The position numbers were made by a program, and so were the translations under genes. A stretch of 64,000 nt of DNA from a virus, in the IMG/VR virus record IMGVR_UViG_3300036790_000468, positions 32,001-96,000 of that record, one strand, 5' to 3'. The notes under the pieces are model-generated. The model did no database searches, was not told the DNA's origin, and saw only the letters and a list, made by a program, of their open reading frames with translations. How positions within the stretch are numbered: position 1 is the stretch's first letter; each line of letters starts with the position of its first letter. Of this stretch, positions 36,570 to 46,312 are shown piece by piece.

Positions 36570-39500
36570 TTAGCCGTAGGCGAGGCCCGAGTAGGAGGTG
36601 CGCTGCTGGAACTGCAGGGTGTCGGTGCGCATCAGGTCCGACAGGTCGCTCTCATGGATCAGACTGCCGTCGATGTGGAAGTGGTTGTGCACCACCGCCG
36701 GGCCCCCGCCCCCCGAACTCGAGCCGAGCGCGGCGTGCGCGGTGACGTACCCGTCGGTAGCCGGGGTGAACTGCTCGATACCCTGCTCCCCCACGGTGTA
36801 GGTGACGCCGCCCTGCACCGGGCCGCCCGACGCGCGCGCCTGCTGCCCGCGCGGGAGGTCCGTCGAGGTGACGCCGCCGGAGGTGTTCTCGTAGATCGTG
36901 ACGGTGCCGGAGGAGGAGTTGATCCGCGAGATCAGCTGCGCGACGGCCTGCTCCGCCGGCCCGGGGTCCGCCGTAATGTCGATCTTCAGGTCCGAGAGGT
37001 TCTTGACCCCGAACAGCTCCAGGTTGAGCTGCTGGATCTGGCCCGCGGTCAGATGGGCCTTGCCCGCGGCCGTATCGAGCTGCCCGGCCATCTTCTGCAG
37101 CGCGGCATCGGCCTGCTGGGTCGATCCGGTCTGCTGGTAGATGTCCCCGGCCACCGTCAGCGCCTGCTGCGAGACGCCCTGAAACGCGGTGATGTTCTTC
37201 GCGCCGGCCGCGGTGTACTGGTCGACCGCGTCCTTCCCGCTCGTGATCGTCCCCGCCAGCCCGTCCAGGTCGGTCGTGAACGTGGCCTCCGCCGCGGTGG
37301 TCGAGCCGTACTGGCCGTACAGGGCGTTGAGCGCGCCGGTGTACGCGTTGGTCGCCTGCTGCGCCTGGGTGTAGGCAACCGAGGCGTTGATCGCGGCCTG
37401 CGAGATCATGCTCTGCCCGGCCAGCCCCGCGTTCAGGGCCTCGGCGTTGATCCGCGCGGTGACCGTGTTCGCACTCAAGGCCTCGCTCGCGGACTGCACG
37501 GCCTGGACGTACTCGTCGGTGCCGGGCACGAGCAGCGCCAGGTACTGCTGCTGCGCCGCAGCCGAGATCGCCTGCTGGCGCGCCTGGTACTGCAGGCTGG
37601 TCGCGCCCTCGTACACCGCCTGGGAGTACGACAGCGTCCCCGGAATCACGGTGTTGAGGTAGTTCTGCTGCGCGTCCGCGGTCACCAGCGCCTGCTGCGC
37701 CTGCTGCTGCATCTGCACCGTGGCGGTCTCCACCGCCGTCGAGAACGCGTTGGTGCCGGGCACGTCGTCGAGGATCGCCTGACGCTCGGCCTCGAGCTGG
37801 ATCTGCGCGTTCTGCACCTCGGTCGTGTACGCGCCCAGGTCCGAGGCGATCTGGCTGGCGGACATCCCCTGCGCCTGCATGGACTTGGTCAGCGCGTCGA
37901 ACTGCTCGGCGGCGAGTTCCGGATCGCTCTGGTAGAGCTGCGCGAGCGCGGTCCCGATGTCCTGGAGGCCCTGGGACCAGTGGCCGCCCGAGATGTTCGA
38001 GAGACCCACGAGCCCCGCTTCGAGCACCTGCAGGTTCGTCCCGCCCGTGAGCGTCGTGTCCGACAGGCCCAAGATCGCGGCCTCGACATTGCCCACACCC
38101 AGCGCCGTGTGGTCCCCCACCCCCGAGAGAGTGCTCAAGCTCGAGATGACCTGCGGGAGGTAGCCGATCAGGGAGAACGCAGCCATCTGGAGCATCCCCA
38201 TGTGGCCGCCCAGTCCGCCCACGCTCGCACCCGCGTGCGCGGCTGCAGCATCCACCCCCTCGATGTCGGAGGCCGCCTGCTTCAACGGGGCACCGGTCGT
38301 GCCGAGGTTCATCGCGAGCAGGTCTTGGCCCTGGAGCGAGCCCATCGACCGGGCGAGCGCCGCCGCGGCCTGATCTCCCTCAGCCTCCAGGGTGGCGAAG
38401 AACAGCTGCCACTGTGCGAGCTCCTGGGCGGTGAACGCGCTGGTGTCCGCTTCGATGCCGGTCAGAGCCTGGGTCATGGCCGTGGCCAGGTTGTCGGACA
38501 GGAACCGGCCGCCCTGGGAGATCGACTGGAACAGGACGTAAGACACGTCGGCCGAGCCCGCCTGCTCGGCCGCGGCGGCTTCGGCGGCCGCCAGGCCGGC
38601 AGTGAGCTCCTGCTCGTACGCCTCGGTCGCCTGCGCTGCGGCGAGCTGCAGCTGAACCTCGAGCTGCTGCTCGACGGCCTGCGCGAAGCCTTCGCCTCCG
38701 GCATCCGAAAGGACTGCCAGGCGTGCCTCGAGCTGCGCGACCATGCCCTCGGCGAACTCGACGCCGGCCGCTGCGCCGGCCGCGGCCGCGGGGTCTTCGG
38801 CGAAGACCGCGAGCGCCGCAGCCGCCGCCCCGGAGAAGAACCGGCCGAACGCGTTGCCGGCCGCGGCGCCTTCTTCGGCCACGACAGCCTGGGCGCCGCC
38901 GAGCTCCGTTTCGAGCTGATCGACCACTGCATTGGCGTAGTCGCGCCCGGCCTGCGCCCCTTCCTCCGCCGCGGCCTCGGGATCCTGGCCCAGGACGAGA
39001 CGCACCCCGGCGACAGCCTCGGAGAAGAACTGCGCGAACCGCCCCCCGGCCTCCGCGCCCTCCTCCCCGGCCTCCACCGCCAGCTCGACGAGCTGCTCGG
39101 TCACGGCCTGGCGCGCCTCGACGATCCGGGCGATCAGCCCGTCCGCTACCGGGGACCCGGTGGAGGCGACCAGCGCCTGCATCTCTTCGACCGCCGTCGC
39201 GGTCTGCTCCACCTGCTGCGCCAGCGCCTCGGCGACCTGCTCGCTCTCCGCCTCCACCGCCGAGGCGACCGTCGAGGTCAGCGTGCCGCGCATGGCCGAC
39301 GAGAGCGCGTCCACCTGGGCACCGGTGAGGCTGCCCCAGTCCAGCCCGACCATGCCCATGGTGATCGCGTCGGCGAACGCGGAGACGAACCCCGCGCCAG
39401 AGACCTCGGCCTGAGCCCTGACCTGTTCGGTCCAGCCCTCGATCCCGGCATCGGTGAGCGCTTCGAACTGCTCAGGCGTGATCACCAGGGCGGTGAGTTC

Positions 39501-40943
39501 CTCGCGGTACGCAATCCACGCGGCCTCTGCGGCCTGCTGAGCCCCGAGTTTCGACGCCCGAATCCAGGATGATCCGTTGCCCTGCAGGATGTTAGGGATC
39601 ATCGGGTCAGGGGGTGCCTGTGCCTCCTTGCCGCTGGCGAAGTCCTCGTAGTCCTGCTGCGTCTTGGCGACATTCGCACGCCAGTCGACTGAGGACGTGC
39701 TCATAGCCTCGGAGGCTCGTGCCGCAGCAGCCTCGACGCCCTGCTCGAGCGCATCGCCAAGGCTGGCCCCGACCTCCTCAGCGACCTGCGGAGCCTGCAC
39801 CTTGACCTGCTCGACGACCTCGGCAGCCACTGAGGCGCTGGCAGATCCGGCCGACGCGGCCACACGCGACTGGATCGAAACAGCCACCGCATCCAGTTCT
39901 GAACTTCCCGCCTCCAAGGCAAGCGCGAACTGCTCGATCAGCTTGCCGCCGGCGGCGGACCCGACGGCGCTCATCGCGTTGCTCAGCGGCTCCCCGACCG
40001 CGTCCGCGGTCCGGGCTGCAGCAGCCTCAGCGCCGCGGACCGCGCCGATGCGCACCGCGTCGATCAGCGCGCCGCCACCGCTTGTCCCCTGCGCGGCGAT
40101 CGCTCCCTCGAACGGCTCCCCGATGCTCTCAGCGATACTCGCCGCCGCCGCCTCGCCGGTCCCGGTGCCTCCGGCCTGCACGCTCGCGGTCAGCATCGCC
40201 CCGGCGATACGCCCTGCGCCGCGCAGAGCGTTGTTCAGCGGCTCGGCGATGGCCTCGGAGATCCTGGCGGCCGCGCTCTCCGCCTCTGAGACCCCGCCGA
40301 CACCGATGGCGGCCGCCAGCGCGGCCCCTGCCGCTATGCCCTCCGCCGGCAGCGCGGCGAGCCCCGCGGCGATCCCGGCCGCCAGGGCGTGCCCGGCCCC
40401 GGCCCCTTCAGCACCGGCCTGATCGTGCACGGGCGCGAGCCCGCCACTGATCTGCTCGCCGACCTCGGAGCCGAGGCTGCCGAGCTCGGAGGAGAAACCC
40501 TCCTCCAACGCCGCGGCCGCCTGCGCGCCGGCGGCTTCGAGCGAGTCGGCAAGCTGGTCGGGGCGCACGAGGTCCTGCGCGAGCACGTCTCCCGCGGCGC
40601 CCGCGCCCTCCGCGATCCCCTCGGCCAGCGCCTCCCCGCCCCTAAGGCCCGCGGCCGCGAGGCCCGCGTCGAGCTCGGTGCCCACGTCCTCGGCCAGAGC
40701 GGCACCGACGCCGCCCATCTGCTCGCCCAGCGCCTGGGCGATCTCGTCGGAGTTGAGCGAGCCCAGGTCCGCGCCCGAGAGGGACGCGGAGAGCCCGGCG
40801 CCGAGGTCGAGGGAGGCGAGGATCGACTCGATCTCGGCGGCGCCGGAGCGCACCGCGGCGATGTCGCGGTCCCACATCGACAAGAAATCGTCGTCGTTGC
40901 CGTCGAGACGGGCGACGACGGGGGGAAGCTGCTCGCCGGACAC
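36570..40943 (-). CDS. Tape measure protein
   Basis: 1457 aa Ala/Gly-rich helical protein; C-terminal ARASGGPV...YTVGEQGIE motif. Confidence 0.88.
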   Translation of the reverse strand: MSGEQLPPVVARLDGNDDDFLSMWDRDIAAVRSGAAEIESILASLDLGAGLSASLSGADLGSLNSDEIAQALGEQMGGVGAALAEDVGTELDAGLAAAGLRGGEALAEGIAEGAGAAGDVLAQDLVRPDQLADSLEAAGAQAAAALEEGFSSELGSLGSEVGEQISGGLAPVHDQAGAEGAGAGHALAAGIAAGLAALPAEGIAAGAALAAAIGVGGVSEAESAAARISEAIAEPLNNALRGAGRIAGAMLTASVQAGGTGTGEAAAASIAESIGEPFEGAIAAQGTSGGGALIDAVRIGAVRGAEAAAARTADAVGEPLSNAMSAVGSAAGGKLIEQFALALEAGSSELDAVAVSIQSRVAASAGSASASVAAEVVEQVKVQAPQVAEEVGASLGDALEQGVEAAAARASEAMSTSSVDWRANVAKTQQDYEDFASGKEAQAPPDPMIPNILQGNGSSWIRASKLGAQQAAEAAWIAYREELTALVITPEQFEALTDAGIEGWTEQVRAQAEVSGAGFVSAFADAITMGMVGLDWGSLTGAQVDALSSAMRGTLTSTVASAVEAESEQVAEALAQQVEQTATAVEEMQALVASTGSPVADGLIARIVEARQAVTEQLVELAVEAGEEGAEAGGRFAQFFSEAVAGVRLVLGQDPEAAAEEGAQAGRDYANAVVDQLETELGGAQAVVAEEGAAAGNAFGRFFSGAAAAALAVFAEDPAAAAGAAAGVEFAEGMVAQLEARLAVLSDAGGEGFAQAVEQQLEVQLQLAAAQATEAYEQELTAGLAAAEAAAAEQAGSADVSYVLFQSISQGGRFLSDNLATAMTQALTGIEADTSAFTAQELAQWQLFFATLEAEGDQAAAALARSMGSLQGQDLLAMNLGTTGAPLKQAASDIEGVDAAAAHAGASVGGLGGHMGMLQMAAFSLIGYLPQVISSLSTLSGVGDHTALGVGNVEAAILGLSDTTLTGGTNLQVLEAGLVGLSNISGGHWSQGLQDIGTALAQLYQSDPELAAEQFDALTKSMQAQGMSASQIASDLGAYTTEVQNAQIQLEAERQAILDDVPGTNAFSTAVETATVQMQQQAQQALVTADAQQNYLNTVIPGTLSYSQAVYEGATSLQYQARQQAISAAAQQQYLALLVPGTDEYVQAVQSASEALSANTVTARINAEALNAGLAGQSMISQAAINASVAYTQAQQATNAYTGALNALYGQYGSTTAAEATFTTDLDGLAGTITSGKDAVDQYTAAGAKNITAFQGVSQQALTVAGDIYQQTGSTQQADAALQKMAGQLDTAAGKAHLTAGQIQQLNLELFGVKNLSDLKIDITADPGPAEQAVAQLISRINSSSGTVTIYENTSGGVTSTDLPRGQQARASGGPVQGGVTYTVGEQGIEQFTPATDGYVTAHAALGSSSGGGGPAVVHNHFHIDGSLIHESDLSDLMRTDTLQFQQRTSYSGLAYG

Positions 40944-40946
40944 GAT

Positions 40947-41366
40947 CTACCCCCCGAACGCCTGGCGCCAGGCGGCCGCCATCTCTACCCCGATCGCATC
41001 GAGGGACGCGTCGATCGCGGGCTGAACATATGGCCGTTTCGGAAGGAAGGACTTGTGGTCCTTGCCGGCCCACCCGGAGAGCTCGTGGATGCGCGCGTAC
41101 ACCGTCGAGGGCCAGATCTCCGCGCTCGCCCCGGTCTCGGTCTCGAACGCTTCGGCGTAGACCTCGTCGTGCAGCAGCCCCGTGCGGTACGCGGGCGGCT
41201 CGCCCTGCGGTGCGACCGGCGGGTAGTGCAACCGATCAAGGTTGCTCTGAATCGCCGGCTTTACGATCTCATCCCCGCACCGCTCGACCCCGGCTACCGT
41301 GGCCGCGCGCACGCGCTCGCGCAGCGCCTGCATCGCCGCGATCGTCTCGAGATACTCGACGCTCAA
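40947..41366 (-). CDS. HK97 gp10-like tail completion protein
   Basis: PPAYRTGLL...VYARIHELSG...LPKRPYVQPA; TTG start. Confidence 0.75.
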   Translation of the reverse strand: MSVEYLETIAAMQALRERVRAATVAGVERCGDEIVKPAIQSNLDRLHYPPVAPQGEPPAYRTGLLHDEVYAEAFETETGASAEIWPSTVYARIHELSGWAGKDHKSFLPKRPYVQPAIDASLDAIGVEMAAAWRQAFGG

Positions 41367-41596
41367 CCCCCGTGCACCTCCCTCAGCGACTTCACCACGG
41401 AGTCCCAGGTCGGGCCCATGCGCCGGTACTGCTCGGTGGCCCACCACGGCTGCGCGTCGACCACGGTCGCCGGCATGTTGTAGATCTTGAGCCACCACAG
41501 GTACTCGCTGATCTCCTCCTCGGGGGTCACCGGCCCGTCGTAGTCGACGGGGATCCCGGCCAGGCGCGCGGCTAGTCGCCGGCGCCCGCAGTAGGG
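41363..41596 (-). CDS. Tail assembly chaperone -1 frameshift extension
   Basis: Open -1 frame from CCC-TAC: PYCGRRRLAARLAGIPVDY...YLWWLKIYNMP...REVHGG*. Confidence 0.7.
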   Translation of the reverse strand, partial: PYCGRRRLAARLAGIPVDYDGPVTPEEEISEYLWWLKIYNMPATVVDAQPWWATEQYRRMGPTWDSVVKSLREVHGG

Positions 41597-42309
41597 GAGG
41601 TCGGATCACCCTCCTGCGCTTTGATCTCCTCAGGGGTCTTCGGCAGCGCCGGCGGGAACAGCGCGCGGCGGGCCGGGGCGAGCCCGGCCTGCAGCGCCAG
41701 GTCGTCGCCCCACGGCAGCTGCTCGAGCGAGTCCTCCCCGCCGTGCGCGTTCGGCAGCGCCAGCGGGTAGGACCAGTTCGTCACGAGCAGGGAGAGCAGC
41801 CCGGTGGTCAGGTCGTGCCCGGCCGTCGTGCCGTCGCCCGGCCTGATCGCCGAGTAGACGGTGCGCTTGTCGCCGCGGTTGAGCTCGTGCCAGTCGCGCA
41901 GCGCGATCCACGCCCCGGACGGCGTGTGGACCGTGGCGGCGCCGGTACTCGCATCGGCCTGCGCGCCCTCGTCGGACGCCGAGCGGAACAGTGCCTTGCG
42001 GATCGGCTCCACCGCGGACTGCAGGACGCCGTCATCGGCCCAGGAGAGCCGGTCCAGGGCGTCGGGAGCGGCGCTGGGCAGTGGGAGGTCGAAATCCCAG
42101 TAGGTGATCAGCAGGGTGAGCAGGCCCGTGCACGTCTCGAAGGCGGAGGTGCCTCCGTCTTCGCGGCGCGGGCAGTGCTCGAGCACCGCGCGCTTGTGGC
42201 CGCGGGTGAGCGAGCCCCACTCGCCGAGGGTGACGTGGTGGCCGGATGGGAGTGTGATGGTGCGCTCCGCGGTGTCGATGGCCGCCTCGGGCCCGCTCTC
42301 CTGCGTCAA
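41572..42309 (-). CDS. Tail assembly chaperone (internally duplicated)
   Basis: Between tail tube and tape measure; ends DPTSPT at the slippery site. Confidence 0.8.
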   Translation of the reverse strand: MTQESGPEAAIDTAERTITLPSGHHVTLGEWGSLTRGHKRAVLEHCPRREDGGTSAFETCTGLLTLLITYWDFDLPLPSAAPDALDRLSWADDGVLQSAVEPIRKALFRSASDEGAQADASTGAATVHTPSGAWIALRDWHELNRGDKRTVYSAIRPGDGTTAGHDLTTGLLSLLVTNWSYPLALPNAHGGEDSLEQLPWGDDLALQAGLAPARRALFPPALPKTPEEIKAQEGDPTSPTAGAGD

Positions 42310-42322
42310 ATCAGTATCCTTA

Positions 42323-43585
42323 TCAGTAGGTGTTGGGTGCGACGTTCGTCGTGATCGTGATCTTCAGCGGCGAGGAGCCGCCCGAGCCGCCCGCGTTGGT
42401 CGTGTTGAGCACGCACTTGAACGTGGTCTCGTAGCCCACCGCGGTCTTCGAGGTCTCCGGCTCGGCCGTCTCGAACGCCGCGAGCGCGATGTCGAACTGC
42501 ACGGCCAGCAGGTTCGTGCCCGACAGGCCGTTCGAAATCACGTACTGCAGCTGCGGCTGCGTATTGTTCAACATGTAGAGCAGCGCCGTCTCGTCCGGCG
42601 CGGCGGGAACCGTGATCTTCCCTGAGGCCGACAGGCCACCGCGCTGGATGATGTACGGCACCTGCGAGTTGTTCGCCGCGTAGTACACCCCGAGCTCGCG
42701 CTTGATGTCGATCTGCGCGTCCCCGGTCCAGCCCACCAGCGTCCCGCCCGAGGCCGGTCCGCCGATGCCCACCGCCGTCTGCCACGCCGGGATCGGCTTG
42801 ATCGACGTCCCGTTCGGGGTCGGCAGGGAGCCGAGCGTCACCGACGGGAAAGCCGTGGCCTGCCCGGTCCAGTTCAGCAGCGCGTTCTCCGGCTTGATCA
42901 TGAACGACATCTGCGAGAGCGACGCGCCAGGGTACTGGCGCGCGCCGGAGGTCGCGGTCGGGCCCAGGTAGTGCGTCAGGGTGTGCGACGGCGGCTGCGC
43001 CGGCGCCCCGGCCGTGTTGAGCAGGCTGAAAGCGTACTGATACGGGCCGGTCACCGGCACCACCGCGGCGGCGGACGCCTGTGCGAAGGCCAGACCGGAG
43101 GCCGGCGCGGAGATCGGGATCGTGTACGGGCCCGAACCGGTCGGCGAACCGGTCGTCACCACCACCGCGGTGGCGCCGCTGCCGATCTGTACGAGCGTCG
43201 ATGCCGGGATGGAGGCGACCGTCGAGATGCTCGTCGCGCCGGCCGCGGCCGCGGCGGAGAGAGTGGTCGACCCGGACCCGGTCGGGACCCCGGTGACGGC
43301 GAGGTCGCCCATCAGGTTGCGCAGGAAGAACCCGAGCCCGTCGACGAACACCGGGCCGCCGAGAGACAGGTTGCTCTTCTTCGTGCCCTGGATGATGTTG
43401 AACGCGTCGACCGCCATGCTCCCGCGCCACGCCTTGTCGTCCTCGAAGACGGGGACGTCCTTAGGCTTGAACGAGTCCAAGAGCTGGGTGAAGGTCATCG
43501 CGGTCGGGTTGCCCTGGAAGCTTTCGGCCCCGGAGATGCCGACGAACTGCTTGGACGGCGCCCAGGTGATGGGAGTGCTCGTCAT
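42323..43585 (-). CDS. Major tail tube protein
   Basis: Position; beta-rich tube fold with an inserted domain. Confidence 0.82.
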   Translation of the reverse strand: MTSTPITWAPSKQFVGISGAESFQGNPTAMTFTQLLDSFKPKDVPVFEDDKAWRGSMAVDAFNIIQGTKKSNLSLGGPVFVDGLGFFLRNLMGDLAVTGVPTGSGSTTLSAAAAAGATSISTVASIPASTLVQIGSGATAVVVTTGSPTGSGPYTIPISAPASGLAFAQASAAAVVPVTGPYQYAFSLLNTAGAPAQPPSHTLTHYLGPTATSGARQYPGASLSQMSFMIKPENALLNWTGQATAFPSVTLGSLPTPNGTSIKPIPAWQTAVGIGGPASGGTLVGWTGDAQIDIKRELGVYYAANNSQVPYIIQRGGLSASGKITVPAAPDETALLYMLNNTQPQLQYVISNGLSGTNLLAVQFDIALAAFETAEPETSKTAVGYETTFKCVLNTTNAGGSGGSSPLKITITTNVAPNTY

Positions 43586-43586
43586 C

Positions 43587-43925
43587 TCAGGCCTCCTGCA
43601 CCGCTACCAGCGGCGCCTCGTTGTCCTTGGCCTGGTTGACCGGCAGATCCGTCGGCCGCCACCGTCCGTCCGGCGCCCCGTCCGGGAACGCGAACACGGT
43701 CGCCGGGAGTGCGGGGATGGCCGGGGACGCGAATACGCCCGGAGCCGCCTTGACCTCGGGGACCGCCGGGCGCGGCGGGTAGGCGGTGAGCGGAATGTGC
43801 GGGTACTGGGTCGGATCGCCCCAGGTGTACTCGTAGCGGTCGGTCGGCTCGGGCTCGCTCGCCGGCTCGGCGGCGGGCGTCTCGGTCGGCGCGGGGGCCG
43901 GAGGCTGGGACTTGGTTGCGGCCAC
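43587..43925 (-). CDS. Pro-rich small virion-region protein
   Basis: AGGAGG RBS, GTG start. Confidence 0.6.
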   Translation of the reverse strand: MAATKSQPPAPAPTETPAAEPASEPEPTDRYEYTWGDPTQYPHIPLTAYPPRPAVPEVKAAPGVFASPAIPALPATVFAFPDGAPDGRWRPTDLPVNQAKDNEAPLVAVQEA

Positions 43926-43953
43926 GATGGGCCTCCTGCCGGTCGGCGACCGG

Positions 43954-44460
43954 TCACGCGGTGATGATCTCCGTGCTGTAGAACCCGATCTCGGCGACCG
44001 CGCCGAGGGTGCCACCGCCGAGGGTGACGGGCTCCGACCAGTGGTAGTCCAGGTTGTACGGCGCCTCGCCGGCTGAGAGGATCGCGTCCGGGCGACCGAG
44101 GGTGCGGCCGCCCGAGCGGATCTGATCTAGCGTCGCCTCGAAGATGCGGTCGAAGTCGTCCTGCGCCCGGAGCCAGTCCGCGTCTCCGGTAGGGCTCGGC
44201 GCCCAGAAATTGAGGATCAAGCTAATCGGGTGGTCGATCTGTTTCTCGCCGCTCTCGGCCCCGCCGAACGCGAGGCGCTTCTCCCGGCCGCGGGCCCGGA
44301 CGTCGAGCAGTACGTAGCCCATCGCCCGCGCGGCGTTGTTGGAGGCGGTAAATTGCGGTGTCTGGAACGCCAGCTTGGCCGGGTAAACCTTGACCAGGCC
44401 TGGGATCTCGGCGGCCGTCAGCCAGTCGGCGGCCGCGTGGCGCACGAGCTCGCGGCTCAT
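43954..44460 (-). CDS. Tail terminator-like protein
   Basis: Position between adaptor and tube; about 170 aa. Confidence 0.65.
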   Translation of the reverse strand: MSRELVRHAAADWLTAAEIPGLVKVYPAKLAFQTPQFTASNNAARAMGYVLLDVRARGREKRLAFGGAESGEKQIDHPISLILNFWAPSPTGDADWLRAQDDFDRIFEATLDQIRSGGRTLGRPDAILSAGEAPYNLDYHWSEPVTLGGGTLGAVAEIGFYSTEIITA

Positions 44461-45359
44461 TATGCGACCCGGATGTAGTCGCCGCGCACCAGGAACTGCT
44501 CGGCGGTCGCCAGGTCGCCGCCAGCGCCCAGCGGGTCCTTCCCGACCTTGACCGGCTCGGTCGAGTTCGCGATGATCGCGGCGTTCCCGCGCATTTTGCC
44601 CAGGGCCTGCACCGCGAGGACGACGGCCTCCTCGACGTCCAGCGGCAGCCCGGTGACTGCGGCCCCGGTCAGGTGGTTGTTGGCCAGCGGGGTCGCGAGC
44701 GTCAGGGTGTTGCCGGAGACCGAGGCGACGTTGAGCTGCTCGCTCGGGGCGCCGTCGCGCAGGAACACCGGGGTGAACCCGGGCAGCACCCCGATCGCCG
44801 AACCCACCGTGACGCTGGTCGCGCCGGCGGCCGCGGGAGCGGCGAGGGTGGTGACCGGGTAGCCGTTGCCGTAGCTGTACCTGATGAACAGCGGATAGCC
44901 GGGGGGCCCGAAGCCGCCGCCGAACTGCAGCGGACCCTGGCTCGACATAACCGGCACGCCTCCGGCCATCACCACGATGCGGGTCGGCTCGACGCTGCAG
45001 CCGGCCAGCGACGCCATCTCAGCCATGGTGGCCGGCGCTGTGCCTGACCAGAAATCGGTCAGCTCGATCACCGGGTGGTACCGCGGCCGGAAAATGATCT
45101 GCCCGTACTGATTCATTGCGGCCTGGCGCTGCTCGGTGTCGATCGTCGCGGCCAGCACCTGCATGCAGATCGAGTCCACCCACGTCGAGGCGCGCCCGAT
45201 CAGCTGGGTGAGCTGGTCCTCGCACTCCTGCGGCGTGCCTCCCGCCACGAGCGCGTCCCAAGGCGTGGGGGTGGGCGCCAGCTTGAACTGCTGGTTCGTC
45301 AGGTACGGGACATGCCGGGTCTGGGTCGTGAGCGTCGTGATGGCGGTCGGGGTCGTCAT
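44460..45359 (-). CDS. Head-to-tail adaptor
   Basis: PYLT...LIGRASTWVDSIC...YSYGNGY...LPLDVEEAVV. Confidence 0.78.
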   Translation of the reverse strand: MTTPTAITTLTTQTRHVPYLTNQQFKLAPTPTPWDALVAGGTPQECEDQLTQLIGRASTWVDSICMQVLAATIDTEQRQAAMNQYGQIIFRPRYHPVIELTDFWSGTAPATMAEMASLAGCSVEPTRIVVMAGGVPVMSSQGPLQFGGGFGPPGYPLFIRYSYGNGYPVTTLAAPAAAGATSVTVGSAIGVLPGFTPVFLRDGAPSEQLNVASVSGNTLTLATPLANNHLTGAAVTGLPLDVEEAVVLAVQALGKMRGNAAIIANSTEPVKVGKDPLGAGGDLATAEQFLVRGDYIRVA

Positions 45360-45724
45360 CAGCTCACCACGATCGTCCCGGCGGGACGGATCACTGTCTC
45401 GGTCGCCGTGGCGATCGAGAGCCACACGTAGTAGGCCCCGGCCGTCAGCGCCGTCACGCCGCCGGTGCCGATCAGGCACTGTGCGACGTAGGAGCCGATG
45501 TCCGTGGTGTCCCAGGACGCCGCGACCCAGTCCCCAGTGGCCGGCGCGTTGATCCCGGCCTCGAACGCCATCCGCACCGTATAAGAGGTCGGATTGACCG
45601 GCTGTCCGCCGGACGCGGCGAAAACCGGCACCTGCAGGTACTCGGTGGACGCGCTCGAAAGCCTCTCCTGCACCACGCCTCCCACCTGCCACTTCGCGCG
45701 CGGCTGCCCGACGTCGATGAGCAT
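45359..45724 (-). CDS. Virion-associated beta protein
   Basis: LTAGAYYVWLSI...ETVIRPAGTIVV. Confidence 0.6.
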   Translation of the reverse strand: MLIDVGQPRAKWQVGGVVQERLSSASTEYLQVPVFAASGGQPVNPTSYTVRMAFEAGINAPATGDWVAASWDTTDIGSYVAQCLIGTGGVTALTAGAYYVWLSIATATETVIRPAGTIVVS

Positions 45725-45727
45725 CGG

Positions 45728-45991
45728 CTACTCGGTCGCGGCCGGGATGAAGGCCTCCGGCCAGTCCGGGCCGAGGACCACGGGGGCGCCGGCCGTGACG
45801 GGCCCTCCGACGGCGAGCGGCGCGGCGTACCAGGTGCCGTGCTCGCACCCGGCGCTCGCCGCGCCTTCGGGGAGTCCGCCCGGGAAACAGCCGTGGCAGT
45901 ACTCCGGCTCGGCCACGGCTGCGGCCGTAGGCGCTGGGGCCGGGGCCGGGGCCGGGGCCGGGTCAGTGCTCTTGTGTGGACGCGGCGGCAT
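45728..45991 (-). CDS. Small hypothetical protein
   Basis: CHGC...GCEHGTW. Confidence 0.55.
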   Translation of the reverse strand: MPPRPHKSTDPAPAPAPAPAPTAAAVAEPEYCHGCFPGGLPEGAASAGCEHGTWYAAPLAVGGPVTAGAPVVLGPDWPEAFIPAATE

Positions 45992-46250
45992 CGTTGCCCT
46001 CCCTGACGCACTCGCTCCCGCACCGGGAGCAGGACTTGAAGAAGGACCCGAAGCCGCAGGACGTGCAGCGGTAGCCGTTCTGGCGCCGGAACGCGCCGCG
46101 GAATGCCTGCCAGGAAGCCGGCAGGTTCGCCGACTTCGAATGGACCTTCGCGTCGGCCTCCGGCATCTCGAAGAACCCGTCGCGCGCGGCGTACTCGCGG
46201 CCGTTGATGACGGTGGCGACCTGGCGGCGGTCCTCGGCGGGCACGCGCAT
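45963..46250 (-). CDS. Small zinc-ribbon protein downstream of the capsid gene
   Basis: GYRCTSCGFGSFFKSCSRCG; AAGGAG RBS. Confidence 0.7.
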   Translation of the reverse strand: MRVPAEDRRQVATVINGREYAARDGFFEMPEADAKVHSKSANLPASWQAFRGAFRRQNGYRCTSCGFGSFFKSCSRCGSECVREGNDAAASTQEH

Positions 46251-46268
46251 GCTGCTCCTTCGGGTACG

Positions 46269-46304
46269 GCGAAGGGCCGCACCTGTCGGGGTGCGGCCCT
46301 TCGC
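46269..46304 (-). terminator. Strong hairpin after the major capsid gene
   Basis: GCGAAGGGCCGCACC-N6-GGTGCGGCCCTTCGC perfect 15-bp stem. Confidence 0.75.
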
Positions 46305-46312
46305 GGTGTCGG

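Noticed and set aside
34914-39572. 1552-aa plus-strand ORF, and similar long ORFs at 1357-3324, 30279-31883 and 47288-49900
   Set aside because: Antisense shadows of well-supported minus-strand genes; high GC suppresses stops and the translations have no motifs.
39540-39960. Slightly AT-richer codon usage inside the tape measure gene as an inserted element
   Set aside because: Frame is uninterrupted and there are no intein, intron or terminal-repeat signatures; at most a recombined segment.
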